From Octopus sinensis (lineage: Eukaryota): DNA of 64,000 nt. A program made the position numbers and the translations under genes. Location of the stretch: assembly GCF_006345805.1 (NCBI RefSeq), contig NC_043026.1:13991579-14055578 (forward strand), written 5' to 3'. Positions 1-10,729 of this stretch are shown one piece after another (the first letter of the stretch is position 1; each line of letters opens with the position of its first letter). The notes under the pieces were generated by a model. It was given only the letters and a program-made list of their open reading frames with translations. It had not been told where the DNA came from and did not search any database.

Positions 1-1182
1 ATACATCCACTTGTTTTCAATAATAGAAATATTAAAATAACTAAGTCTCTCTAAAAGAGAACAGCGGCAGCATTCCCGGAAAATAATAGTTATCGCCATA
101 CTAATATGGCATTCTTATAAAAATAAGAAAAAAGCTGTCCGCTTATTAGCTCCATGAGGCCATCGCCTTAAGTTAGCTATTTGATACACAAACTGTATCC
201 ATATAACCTTTGAACAAGGACTGATATATTTCCTTTCCTCTCACTCTCTGTGTTGGTACCAGAAGTTTGGTAACTTGCAAACAGCAATTAACAACCTATA
301 AAAAAAAATATTTAAAACCCCTCAGAAATAAGCCACTCTTATCTAGTTTACTTTTTCATTAATATGACAAAATGTAAAAAAAAAACAAAAAAAAAAAACT
401 AATTTATTAAACTCCTAATCCTTGTCTTTTTTTTTTTTCCTACAAAAGGATTAAGGCGATAACTAGAATGCACCTTCTCTCACACTCTCCTCCTCTATTC
501 TGTTATCGATAATTCCCCTCGCACTGGGAGGGGTGAAAAAAAAGAAGTTGCTTAATGTTACCTTCCAGGCCACCCGACCACTCACATCCTAATCTTCAAC
601 TCTTGTCACTTTGACCCCTTCTATCTTTCTCTCTCACCCCCTCCCCCTTCGAGAAATATATAATTTTCTTTTGCTTGCTATATATTAACGACAGGATGAT
701 AAGAAACGCTCCACCATCACCATTATTACTTAACGAGCCTGTCTGAAAATTAAAATCTCGACATGTACACACATGCTTTAGGAGGGCGGGAGTGGACTTA
801 GCTTTCTGCCACCCACCTATACCACCATATTTTTTTTTTTTTAATGTGCCCCTCCCCTACATCAGATTTCCACCCCCATTGGCACTATGAAGGAAAGATC
901 AGTTGGAGTCTTTCTACACACAATTATATAACACACACACAAAGGTAGACTCGATTGTTGTTAGTACTTGTCCAGTTTAACATGTACCTACAATATGCAC
1001 ACATGCATGCATTCCAAGTGCAGTATTTATCTTGTACACACACACACACACACGTACATACATCTGCCAAATGAACTGCTGGAAATATATAAGCAGAGAT
1101 TTTGTGTGCTCCTAGCATATATATTACAACAACACATACACACACATCTATATAGCACTCGGACACAGTTATATTTCTGATA

Positions 1183-1231
<49 letters not shown>

Positions 1232-1894
1232 TGCCACTGCTATGTTAAAAGCACCCAGCATGCTCTGTAAAGTGGCTGGCATTAGGGAGGCATCGAACCA
1301 TAGAAACCAAGCCAATTCATGATGGAACCTAGTGCAGCTCTCCAGCTTGGCAACTCTGGTCAAACTTTTTACAAGGAAAAAACATCCAATCTGAAGAAGC
1401 TCCAAAAACGGTCTCTTGTGATTTCATTACCTCTTGCTCTCCAGAATTCTTCACTGCCGGCATAAATAGACTACCAATAGAATAGCCAAATTGTGTTGAT
1501 AATTTGATTAACTGTATTTGAGACATAGTAAAATACTTTCAGTTCAAAATCGGACATGACGTTCTTAATGAGCAGATATTATAAATGTATATAAATGTTT
1601 TTATGAGTCAAACATTTTAGCGAGAAGCCGGCAACTCTGACAGATACAACAGCTCATAATTCATAAACACACACATACACAAAATACAAATAAACACACC
1701 CTTTGGAATTCTATACTTCAAAAAGAAATTTCTTTTTGAAGCAAATAAAACACTTTCTTTGATCCGTAGATGATCAATAAAATATGGGACAATTGATTAT
1801 AGATATGTCCTTTTATTTCTGTTCAATTGCACGCTAAAACATTCATCTTTGGAAATTTCCAGGTGTCAACAAAAATAACAACATTTACAAATAC

Positions 1895-2106
1895 ATCATC
1901 ATCATCATCATTATCATCGTCATCATCATCGTCATCATCGTTATCATCATCATCATCATCATCATTATCATCATCATCATCATCATCATCATCGTTATCA
2001 TCATCGTCATCATCATCATCATCATCATCATTGATCATCATCATCATCATCGTCGTCATCATCATCATCATCATCATCATCGTTATCATCATCGTCATCA
2101 TCATCG

Positions 2107-2140
<34 letters not shown>

Positions 2141-2210
2141 TATCATCGTCGTCATCATCATCATCATCATCGTCGTTATCATCATCATCATCATCATCAT
2201 CATCATCGTT

Positions 2211-2246
<36 letters not shown>

Positions 2247-2275
2247 GTCATCGTCGTCATCATCATCATCATCAA
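1895..2275. repeat. (CAT)n/(ATC)n microsatellite
   Basis: Nearly pure CAT repeats with occasional CGT/TAT; accounts for the poly-Asp/Met/Ile ORFs. Confidence 0.97.
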
Positions 2276-2282
2276 AGTCGAT

Positions 2283-2560
2283 AGTGGTGGTGGTGGTGGC
2301 GGTGACGACAGTATTGTCGGGTGTCAGTATCATTGTCATTGTCAGCATTGTCAACGGTGTCAGCATTGTTGGCAGGGCTGCTGGTGGTGGTGGTGGTGGT
2401 GGTGGTGGTGGTGGTGGTGGTGGAGTCAGCTTTGTTGCTGTCAGCGTTGACAGCCTTGGTATTGACGGTGTCTGTGTCATCGTCAGCCAGTGTTGACGGT
2501 GCCATTGGTAGCATTTTTGGTAGTGTTGGCATTGTTGGTGGTGTCACAGTGACGTGTTGG
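2283..2560. repeat. (GGT)n and degenerate GT-rich low-complexity tract
   Basis: GGT runs at 2284-2300 and about 2382-2421 within degenerate TGTCA/TTG repeats. Confidence 0.8.
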
Positions 2561-2653
2561 TAGCAGTGTCAGTGTTGGCGGCAGCGGTGGTGATGTTGGG
2601 GCCAGCAAGCATTGCCAGTGGCACAGACATTGGTGTCATATATATATATATAC

Positions 2654-3256
2654 ACTCTTTTACTCTTTTTTTCTTGTTTCAGTCATTTTGACTGCGGCCA
2701 TGCTGGAGCACTGCCTTTAGTCGAGCAAATCGATCCCGGGACTTATTGTTTGTAAGCCCAGTGCTTATTCTATCGGTCTCTTTTGCTGAACCGCTAAGTA
2801 ACAGGGACGTAAACACACCAGCATCGGTTGTCAAGCAATGCTAGGGGGGACAAACACAGACACACAAACACACACACATATATATATATACATATATAAA
2901 TATATACTACGGGCTTCTTTCAGTTTCCGTCTACCAAATCCACTCACAAGGCTTTGGTCGGCCTGAGACTATAGTAGAAGACACTTGCCCAAGGTGCCAT
3001 GCAGTGGAACTGAACCCGGAACCATGTGGTTGGTAAACAAGCTACTTACCACACAGCCACTCCTGCACCTATATATATGTGTCATATACATATATACGAC
3101 AGGCCTCTTTCAGTTTCCGTCTACCAAATCCACTCACAAGGCATTGGTCAGCCCGGGGCTATAGCAGAAGACACTTGCCCAAGATGCCACACAGTGGGAC
3201 TGAACCTGGAACCATGTGGTTTGTTAGCAAGCTACTTACCACACAGCCACTCCTGC
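2654..3256 (-). mobile_element. tRNA-headed SINE family A (~430 bp) plus partial duplicate of its 5' half
   Basis: Reverse strand starts GCAGGAGTGGCTGTGTGG (A-box-like) ... GGTTCAGTTCC (B-box-like) and ends GCAGTGCTCCAGCATGGCCGCAGTCAAAATGACTGAAACAAG; more than 12 related copies in the window. Confidence 0.88.
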
Positions 3257-4078
3257 TTGTTTATTTTGATGTTTTTTGATTTATTATTAGTGTTGCTGAT
3301 AGTTTTTGCATGGTTACTGAAAATAGATTTTTCAGCAGGATGGGCATGAGCATAATTTTTGACAAGGAACTAACTAAGGCCAATTTCTTAGATGTTACCC
3401 TAAATTTGCATAATAATTCTTACTTCCCTTACCATAAACCATCTACGAACCTAAAATATGTCAGTATTTTCAGTAACCATGCAAAAAAACTATCACCGTA
3501 ATTTGGTTAAAAATATATCTTAAGACTATCTAAGTTATCAGCAAATGTCGATATTTTTAAACAGAAAGCAGAATTTTATAATGCCGCCTTGTCAAAGGCC
3601 GGTTATAGGGATAAGGTATCATATATCGATCCGGCCCATCCTAAACTAATATCTGCCCATCAAGATAACTTCTAATAATATACTTCAATAATAATATAAA
3701 TAACATAAATAGTGATTTCAGCTCTAGCAATGTCGACACAAATATATTTTACAATAATAACTTACGGACCAAGGGAGGCCAGCGTAAACCTAACCCATTC
3801 TACAACACAGAAATATACCCTTAATGTAAATGTCATCACTCTCAGCCATTCCAAGAACAAAAAAAACTACATCTGGTTTGTGATTCCTTTCGGGAGACAA
3901 ATCAGGTCTAATCTCCCTTACAATTCAGTGAAGCCGTTACTAAGAATTTTCCTAGAATTCTAGATACTACTCCACTATAAATTCGCATAAAGTAAGAATA
4001 GCATTCTCAAATACTAAAAATCTTTCACAGATAATAGCTTCCCACAATAATAAGCTGCTAAATAGGGTTTCTTCACGC

Positions 4079-4843
4079 ATGAGTAGCGACACCGCCCTTA
4101 CCCATTCCAACGTAACATACAATAATAATAATAATAGAAGTAGTATGGATATTAGCAACATTCATAGCAGCATTAGCGTTAGCAATAGTAATAATGATAA
4201 TAACATTAGCCAGATTATTAACAGTGGTGGTGTTAGTGGTAATAGTACCAGCATTCTTAATAACAGTTATATTATTGATGATAACAATCGCAGCATTCCT
4301 ATAGCCAGGGAATTTGCTGACGATATTATAACTAATAGTAATGATAATAAGATGAATAGTATCGTGGCCAAAGCCAGCAACAATTTTTTCACCTATCACA
4401 ACAATAAAAACTCTGTCTTAGTATCAGAAACCAACCCCAACAGATTAAAGTTCTTATCCAAAAATTCCAAAATTAGAAACACCACTTACCAATACAAAAT
4501 CTCTTCTGGAACCGATGTCTACTTCTATATTGGCGCAACCTCTTCTAAATTAGCCCAAAGGATCTCCAACCATTATTCCACTTTCAGAGATAAGAGAAAG
4601 CAACACAGTACGGGGCTAAGCAAATTAGTCTGGCGTCTGAAGAACAATAACACTACATTCAAGCTCGAATGGTCCATTTTGTCGGTGTCCTTCCCGTTTG
4701 ATAAAGGCATAAAATTTTGTGGCATCTGTAATTCCGAACTTTTTCATATTTTGTTCGCCAAAGGCCCTTTAATAAACACAATCATCGAAAGATCCTACAG
4801 GTGCTTACACTGGAAAAGACACACCTTTCATTCATATAAATAG
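4079..4843 (+). CDS. Penelope GIY-YIG endonuclease fragment preceded by an Asn/Ser-rich linker
   Basis: TYQYKISSGTDVYFYIGATSSKLAQRISNHYSTF...TGLSKLVWRLK...EWSIL...CGICNSE...LINT..E..YRCLH matches the PLE GIY-YIG pattern. Confidence 0.82.
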   Translation: MSSDTALTHSNVTYNNNNNRSSMDISNIHSSISVSNSNNDNNISQIINSGGVSGNSTSILNNSYIIDDNNRSIPIAREFADDIITNSNDNKMNSIVAKASNNFFTYHNNKNSVLVSETNPNRLKFLSKNSKIRNTTYQYKISSGTDVYFYIGATSSKLAQRISNHYSTFRDKRKQHSTGLSKLVWRLKNNNTTFKLEWSILSVSFPFDKGIKFCGICNSELFHILFAKGPLINTIIERSYRCLHWKRHTFHSYK

Positions 4844-5309
4844 TGACTAATATAGATAACCCCTGGATTTCCAAAAAAAAAAAAAAAATTTTTGATATAT
4901 TTCACCCCAATAGTCAAAAAAGATTTTCTTATATTCCCAATTACTACTATCCATTCTTGCGTTGCCTCTCACCTCGCCCAATTCTTTCTCCCTTTCGCTA
5001 TCTACTTTCCTTTCCCTACAGTAAACATAATCGAACACACAGATACAGACCTTCCAACTCACAGCTGTCAGCTTTCTGACATCTACCCATCCACAAACAC
5101 AATCACGCATTCAGACACACACATACACACATTAAGACAGTTATATACAGTCACACACACAGGCACTCATTCACAAAAGAAATCATTTAAACCCACCATT
5201 CTTTTGACCTGCACTCTCTCACCTTACTATTCTTATGCCTCCCTCCTTCTACTTCGCTTGAACTCTTGAACCTTTAGAAACTTCTAGATTCTTCTACATT
5301 CAGCCACTC

Positions 5310-5328
5310 TGACGTCACTCATATAAAA
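5310..5328 (+). promoter_or_regulatory. CRE-like palindrome plus TATA-like box in the PLE 3' region
   Basis: TGACGTCA at 5310-5317 and TATAAAA at 5322-5328, about 80 nt upstream of the HHR; motif-only evidence. Confidence 0.3.
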
Positions 5329-5407
5329 GATACACTCATTATCACCATGGGCTCCTTAAGAGCGGTCAGCTAAAAGTTTTTTGTGCATTTTGATGTCGAC
5401 ATAAGTT

Positions 5408-5502
5408 CCTTGATTTTCCTGATGAGAAATCTGCATAATGTACTCCTTATTCCTTCAGAATTAGGAATATGCAGCCTTCGAAACATATGTCGAGAATAAA
5501 GG
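5408..5502 (+). ncRNA. Minimal type I hammerhead ribozyme (PLE-associated)
   Basis: Stem I CCTTGATTTTC/GAGAATAAAGG; CTGATGA 5419-5425; stem II with CTGCATA/TATGCAG; GAAA 5480-5483; palindromic stem III ACATATGT; GUC cleavage triplet ending at 5491. Confidence 0.85.
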
Positions 5503-5713
5503 ATATTTGTTAACTAGTCGTTCAACTCCATTCGTTCATAACTTATAATTTTAAAATAACGTACAAATTTCCGCACGAAGACACGTAGTCTATGCCTAGG
5601 GACGTAGCTTCAACTGTGTTCTTTCTGATGTGAATTTGCTACCCAGTATCGGTTATCTTTCGAATTATCCTTAATAAGATAATTCATTCAATTACTCAAA
5701 TATATATATATAT

Positions 5714-5757
<44 letters not shown>

Positions 5758-5779
5758 ATATATATATATATATTTAATC

Positions 5780-6255
5780 AAATCAAAATCGATGAACATC
5801 AATGGAATTGTAGTTTGTGTAACCAGTGCCGGTGGCACATAAGAAAACCATCTGAACGGGCCGTAGCCAGGCCGGCATCGACTGGCCTCTGTGCTGGGGC
5901 ACGTAACAAAAAAACCATCCGATCGTGGCTGTGCCAGCCTCGCCTGGCCTCCGGTGGCACGTAAAAAGCACCATCCGGTCATGGCCGTTCGCCAGCCTTG
6001 TCTGGCACCTGTGTCGGTGGCACATAAAAGGCACCATCCGAGCACGGCCATTCGCCAGACTCGTCTGGCACCTGTGTTGGTGGCACATAAAAAGCACCAA
6101 CTACACTCACGGAGTGGTTGGCGTTAGGAAGGGCATCCAGCTGTAGAAACACTGCCAGATCTGACTGGCCTGGTGCAGCCTTCGGGCTTCCTTGACTCCA
6201 GTTGAACTGTCCAACCCATGCTAGCATGGAAGTGGATGCTAAATGATGATGATGA
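5780..6255 (+). mobile_element. RTE LINE 3'-UTR fragment (SINE-like) with internal ~45-bp repeats and (GAT)n tail
   Basis: Ends GGAGTGGTTGGCGTTAGGAAGGGCATCCAGCTGTAGAAAC...CCATGCTAGCATGG...GATGATGATG, the same 3' end as the RTE at 10730-14317. Confidence 0.85.
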
Positions 6256-6662
6256 AGGATAATATCGATATTATCAAGTGGCCAGTATGGGAAAAAATAC
6301 CATACAAAGGGGTAATCATTTTTTACAACTAAAAATAAGGGTGTCTGAGAGACACCACCATGCCGAAATAGCAGTCAAATCCCTGGCTCTAAAGACCACC
6401 TTAAATGTTCATATCGCACCATGAGATAAGACAGAGGGACAAAATAGACTAGCAAAAAGATATTACTGAATAATTCAAGATTCTGAATTTCTAGCTTTGC
6501 TTTAAATAAGCTTTGCTGTCATCAGCTGAATATATCAGATAGGGACATAAATACAAATAATATATATGCAGAACGTTATACTTACATATACGAACGTCCA
6601 TACATACATACATATATATATATATATATTTATATATATTATATATATATATGTATATATAT

Positions 6663-7083
6663 ACTCTTTACTCTTTACTCTCTCTTTACTTGTTTCAGTC
6701 ATTTGACTGCGGCCATGCTAGAGCACCACCTTTTAGTCGAGCAAATCGACCCGGGACTTATTCTTTGTAAGCCCAGTACTTATTCTATCGGTCTCTTTTG
6801 CTGAACCGCTAAGTGACGGGGACGTAAAACACACCACCATCGGTTGTCAAGCAATGCTAGGGGGGACAAACACAGACACACAAACACAACACAATATATA
6901 TTATATATACATATATACGACAGGCTTCTTTCAGTTTCGGTCTACCATATCCACTCACAAGGCATTGGTCGGTCGCGGGCTATAGCAGAAGGCACTTGCC
7001 CAAGGTGCCACGCAGTGGGACTGAACCCGGAACCATGTGGTTGGTTAGCAAGCTACTTACCACACAGCCACTCCGCGCCTATA
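6663..7083 (-). mobile_element. SINE family A copy
   Basis: Full-length match to the family A consensus seen elsewhere in the window. Confidence 0.9.
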
Positions 7084-7104
7084 TATATATATTTATACAT
7101 ATAT

Positions 7105-7175
<71 letters not shown>

Positions 7176-7501
7176 TAAATATATATATATTAAATGTAAT
7201 TATTTAAAATTTTGGGTATATACCTAGTAGTATATATTCACACACTCTAATGGTAAATAGTTGATGCCTAAAATTTTCCCAAACTGTTGACTTGATATAT
7301 ATTTCTGATTATATACGACCGTGAGCCAACTCTTGTCTCATTCGGCAGCAGTTGACAGCATTGTTGTTGAAGATTTGACAAAGAATGATTAATGTTTAAA
7401 AGATAATAGAAAATAAGTTCATAAATCAAAATGAATGTTTGCGGAAACAGAGAAATCTTACTGTTGAAGGTTAATTAATATAGGTTAATGTCAGTAGCAT
7501 A

Positions 7502-8455
7502 TCCGGATCTTTTCCTTTTGAAGGCCGATTTCAACACAATTTCTAGTTAACTAAACACTTTAAAACTTCGTATACTGGTAGAATGTGTCAAAATAAAACA
7601 TTTTTTTCTCTTGGATTTCTTGATAAAATTGTAATTTGTTTGTTTAACGTAGTTTAATTTTTCTAATTTTAGCCAATCAATTGCCTCTAATTGAGCTAAA
7701 ATCATTTACTGCATCTAAAACTGAGACAACATCCTGTCACTAACCCTAACCCTCACCCTCACCCTAACCCTAAATTTTAGCCTTTCGTTTTTTTTTCTTA
7801 ATTGTTAAATTAATTTAAGGATAACAATTAAGAAAAAAAAAGTTTTTTTTGCACGCGTAACTATTAAATTAATTTAACTATTAAGAAAAAAAAAATTTAG
7901 GGTTAGGGTGAGGGTCAGGGTCAGGGTTAGTGACAGGATGTTCTCTCAGTCTTAGACGCAGCAAATGATTTTAGCTCAATTAGAGGCAACTGATCGGTTA
8001 AAATTCGAAAAATTAAACTACGTTAAACTTACAAATTACAATTTTCTCAAGAAAGCCCAAGAGAAAAAAATGTTTTATTTTGACACATTCTACCAGTATA
8101 CGAAGTTTTAAAGTGTTTAGTTAACTAGAAATTGTGTTGAAAACTGCCGTTCAAACCGAAAAGATCCATATCTTACAAACTATAGAATTTTCTCAAAAAG
8201 CCAAGAGAAAAAGATGTTTTATAAACACATTCTACCAGTATACGAAGTTTAAAAGTGTTTAGTTACCTAGATATTATGTTAAAAACTGCCGTTCAAACCG
8301 AAAAGATCCATATCTTACAAACTACAGAATTTTCTCAATAAAGCCAAGAGAAAAAGATGTTTTACAAACACATTCTACCAGTATACGAAGTTTAAAAGTG
8401 TTTAGTTAACTAGAAATTGTGTTGAAAACTGCCGTTCAAAAAGAAAAGATCCGCA
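7502..8455. mobile_element. TA-flanked foldback element/MITE with long inverted arms and inverted telomere-like tracts
   Basis: Left arm 7502-7775 is the reverse complement of about 7895-8170; (CCCTAA/CCCTCA)n at 7740-7773 faces (TTAGGG/TGAGGG/TCAGGG)n at 7896-7930; the terminal ~145-bp unit is triplicated on the right; TA at 7500-7501 and 8456-8457. Confidence 0.8.
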
Positions 8456-8704
8456 TATCCAACTGGTAATTTACTTTTTGAAGATGGAAAGATGATAAGT
8501 AAAGGGGACTTCGGTGGGAACTGAGCACAGAACCTAAAGGGGCAGAAGAAATACTGCAGAGTAAAAGGTCTAATGCTGTAATGATCCTCAAGATCCTTCC
8601 AATCAATGACAATAATAATAATAATCCTTTCTACTATAGGTACAAGGCCTGAAATTTGTGGGGAGGGAGTTAGTCGATCCCCTTGACCCAGTGCATAACT
8701 GGTA

Positions 8705-9960
8705 CCTATTTAACCAACCCCAAAATCCGGAGAGGCATCTTCCAAGGAGACTGCTTGTCCCCACCGATCTTTGTACTGTGCTTGATACCACTAACACTGA
8801 TTCTGAGGAAAGCAAAGCCTGGGTGTGTATTCAAAAGCTGCCAACAAAAAGTCAACCATTTGTTATTCATGGATGACCTCAGACTTTATGGTAAAGATGA
8901 ATCCTAAGTCAGTTTCCTCGTTGACACGGTGTATACTTTTAGTTCTGATATCAGAATGGAGTTCGGACTGAGAAAGTGTGGTGAGTTAGTCACAAAGAGA
9001 AGCAAAATCAAATGTATAGATGGGCTATCGATACCGTCGGGGGAGGTTATGAAGCAGATAGAAGAGACGGGCTATAAGTACTTGGGGATTTCGGAAATGG
9101 ATAAATTGATGGGGAAAGAAATGGCTGAAAAATTTAAGGTGGAGTACTTGTGCAGACTGAGTCTGATCCTGAAGTCGAAATTAAACGGATGGAATAAGAT
9201 TGAAGCTATCAACACCTGGGCCGTTTCACTCCTTAGATATGGAGCAGGGGTATTGATTTTTAAAAAAGAAAATATGTTTTCGAGAAAAATCCAATCGGCG
9301 GGTGTTGGGTTTCGTCTCTCATTTATTCATTTTATTTCATTTTTATTCATTAATGTGTTTGTCCAGCCCACAAAGCTACACAATCTTTGTGCTGTCTATA
9401 TGACAAATTTTTTGAAATAATGGAGCAGGGGTAATTGTATGGGACACTCGACCCAAAAAGTGACGCAGAAAGACTATATGTACCAAGAAAAAGAGTGGGG
9501 AGAAGACTTATTGGATATGAACACAGCATTAGAGCAGAAGAAAACAACATAGCATGGTATGTAAAAAAATTCCACAGAACTGCTATTATTAGAAGTAAGA
9601 AGGTCAGGCTTGTGATGGATGGAAGATTGCAAAGATAAAGCACTGTACAAGCACTTGAGAATGAAACTGAAAGTAGGTGAATAAAAAAAAGAATGCAGGG
9701 ACAATTTCATAGGGATGTTGCAGATAAGACAGACAGAGAAAAAAGACGGCTGTGGATGACTAAAAGTGATTTAAAACTGGAAACAGAGGCTCTACTCTGT
9801 CCTGCCCAAGAGCAAGCACTAAGGACAAACTACACAAGATACAGAATAGACAACACATCAGAAAGCGATAAGTGCAGAATCTGTGGACAAAATGGTTATA
9901 CTGTATGGCATATTACCAGCCAATGTACGCCACTTGCCCAGAAGGAATATAAGAGTGTTT
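8705..9960 (+). mobile_element. Degenerate R4/Dong-like (RLE-type) non-LTR retrotransposon fragment, RT to CCHC
   Basis: IRRGIFQGDCLSP, NHLLFMDDLRLY, MEFGLRKC, YKYLG, NKIEAINTWAV, RLYVPRKRVGRRL, MQGQF, EALLCPAQEQALRTNY, CRICGQNGYTVWHITSQC. Confidence 0.85.
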
Positions 9961-10178
9961 AAGCCTTCAAATGACACCACCTCGCTGGCTAAGCGAGCAG
10001 GCCAACAGAAGATAGAGTGAGAGAAAGAGTACAGCAGGGATCGCCACCATCCCCTGCCAGAGCCTTGTGGAGCTTTAGGTGCTTTCGCTCAATAAACAGC
10101 GCCCGGTCTGGGAATCGAAACCGCGATCTTACAACCATGAGTCCGCTGCCCTAACCACTGGGCCATTGTGCCTCCACA
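9960..10178 (-). mobile_element. tRNA-headed SINE family D, partial
   Basis: Reverse strand GGAGGCACAATGGCCCAGTGGTTAGGGCAGCGGACTC...GGTTTCGATTCCC; matches 48062-48370. Confidence 0.8.
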
Positions 10179-10196
10179 TGTAATATATATATATTA

Positions 10197-10602
10197 CTCT
10201 TTTTTTTACTCTTTTACTTGTTTCAGTTATTTGACTGCGGCCATGCTGGAGCACCGCCTTTGATCGAGCAAATCGACCCCGGAACTTATTCTTTGTAAGC
10301 CCAGTACTTATTCTATTGGTCTCTTTTGCCGAACCGCTAAGTAACAGGGACATGAACACACCAGCATTGGTTGTCAAGCGATGTTGGGAGGACAAACACA
10401 GACACACAAACACACACACAAAATATATATACATATATACGACGGGCTTCTTTCAGTTTCCGTCTACCAAATCCACTCACAAGGCTTTGGTTGGCCAGAG
10501 GCTATAGCATAAGACACTTGCCCAAGATGCCATGCAGTGGGACTGAACCCGGGACCATGTGGTTGGTAAGCAAGCTACTTACCACACAGCCACTCCTGCG
10601 CC

Positions 10603-10603
<1 letters not shown>
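10197..10603 (-). mobile_element. SINE family A copy
   Basis: Full-length match to family A. Confidence 0.9.
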
Positions 10604-10637
<34 letters not shown>

Positions 10638-10729
10638 ATATATATATATTTGTATATATATATATTATATATATATATATATATTATATATATATATATA
10701 AATATATATACATACATATATATATATAT

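Larger units (their letters stand above)
3340..5700 (+). mobile_element. 5'-truncated Penelope-like element (RT C-terminus, GIY-YIG endonuclease, 3' pseudo-LTR region with HHR)
   Basis: FLDVTLNLHNNSYFPYHKPSTNLKYVSIFSNH...LSKLSANVDIF...Y.AAL.KAGY is a typical PLE RT C-terminal block, followed by a GIY-YIG domain and a hammerhead motif; stops and frameshifts are present. Confidence 0.85.

Noticed and set aside
780-885. Promoter (GGGCGG and ATTGG motifs)
   Set aside because: Short motifs expected by chance; no associated first exon identified.
1428-1520. Possible minus-strand exon (GAG|GTAATG donor)
   Set aside because: Short open frames with no recognisable peptide and no partner exons.
1823-2563. 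Poly-Asp/Met/Ile/Thr ORFs as a biomineralisation or mucin-like gene
   Set aside because: All frames are open simply because of CAT and GGT microsatellites; no convincing splice sites or conserved domain.
7740-7930. True or fused telomere
   Set aside because: Only about six degenerate hexamers per side, embedded symmetrically in a TIR element.
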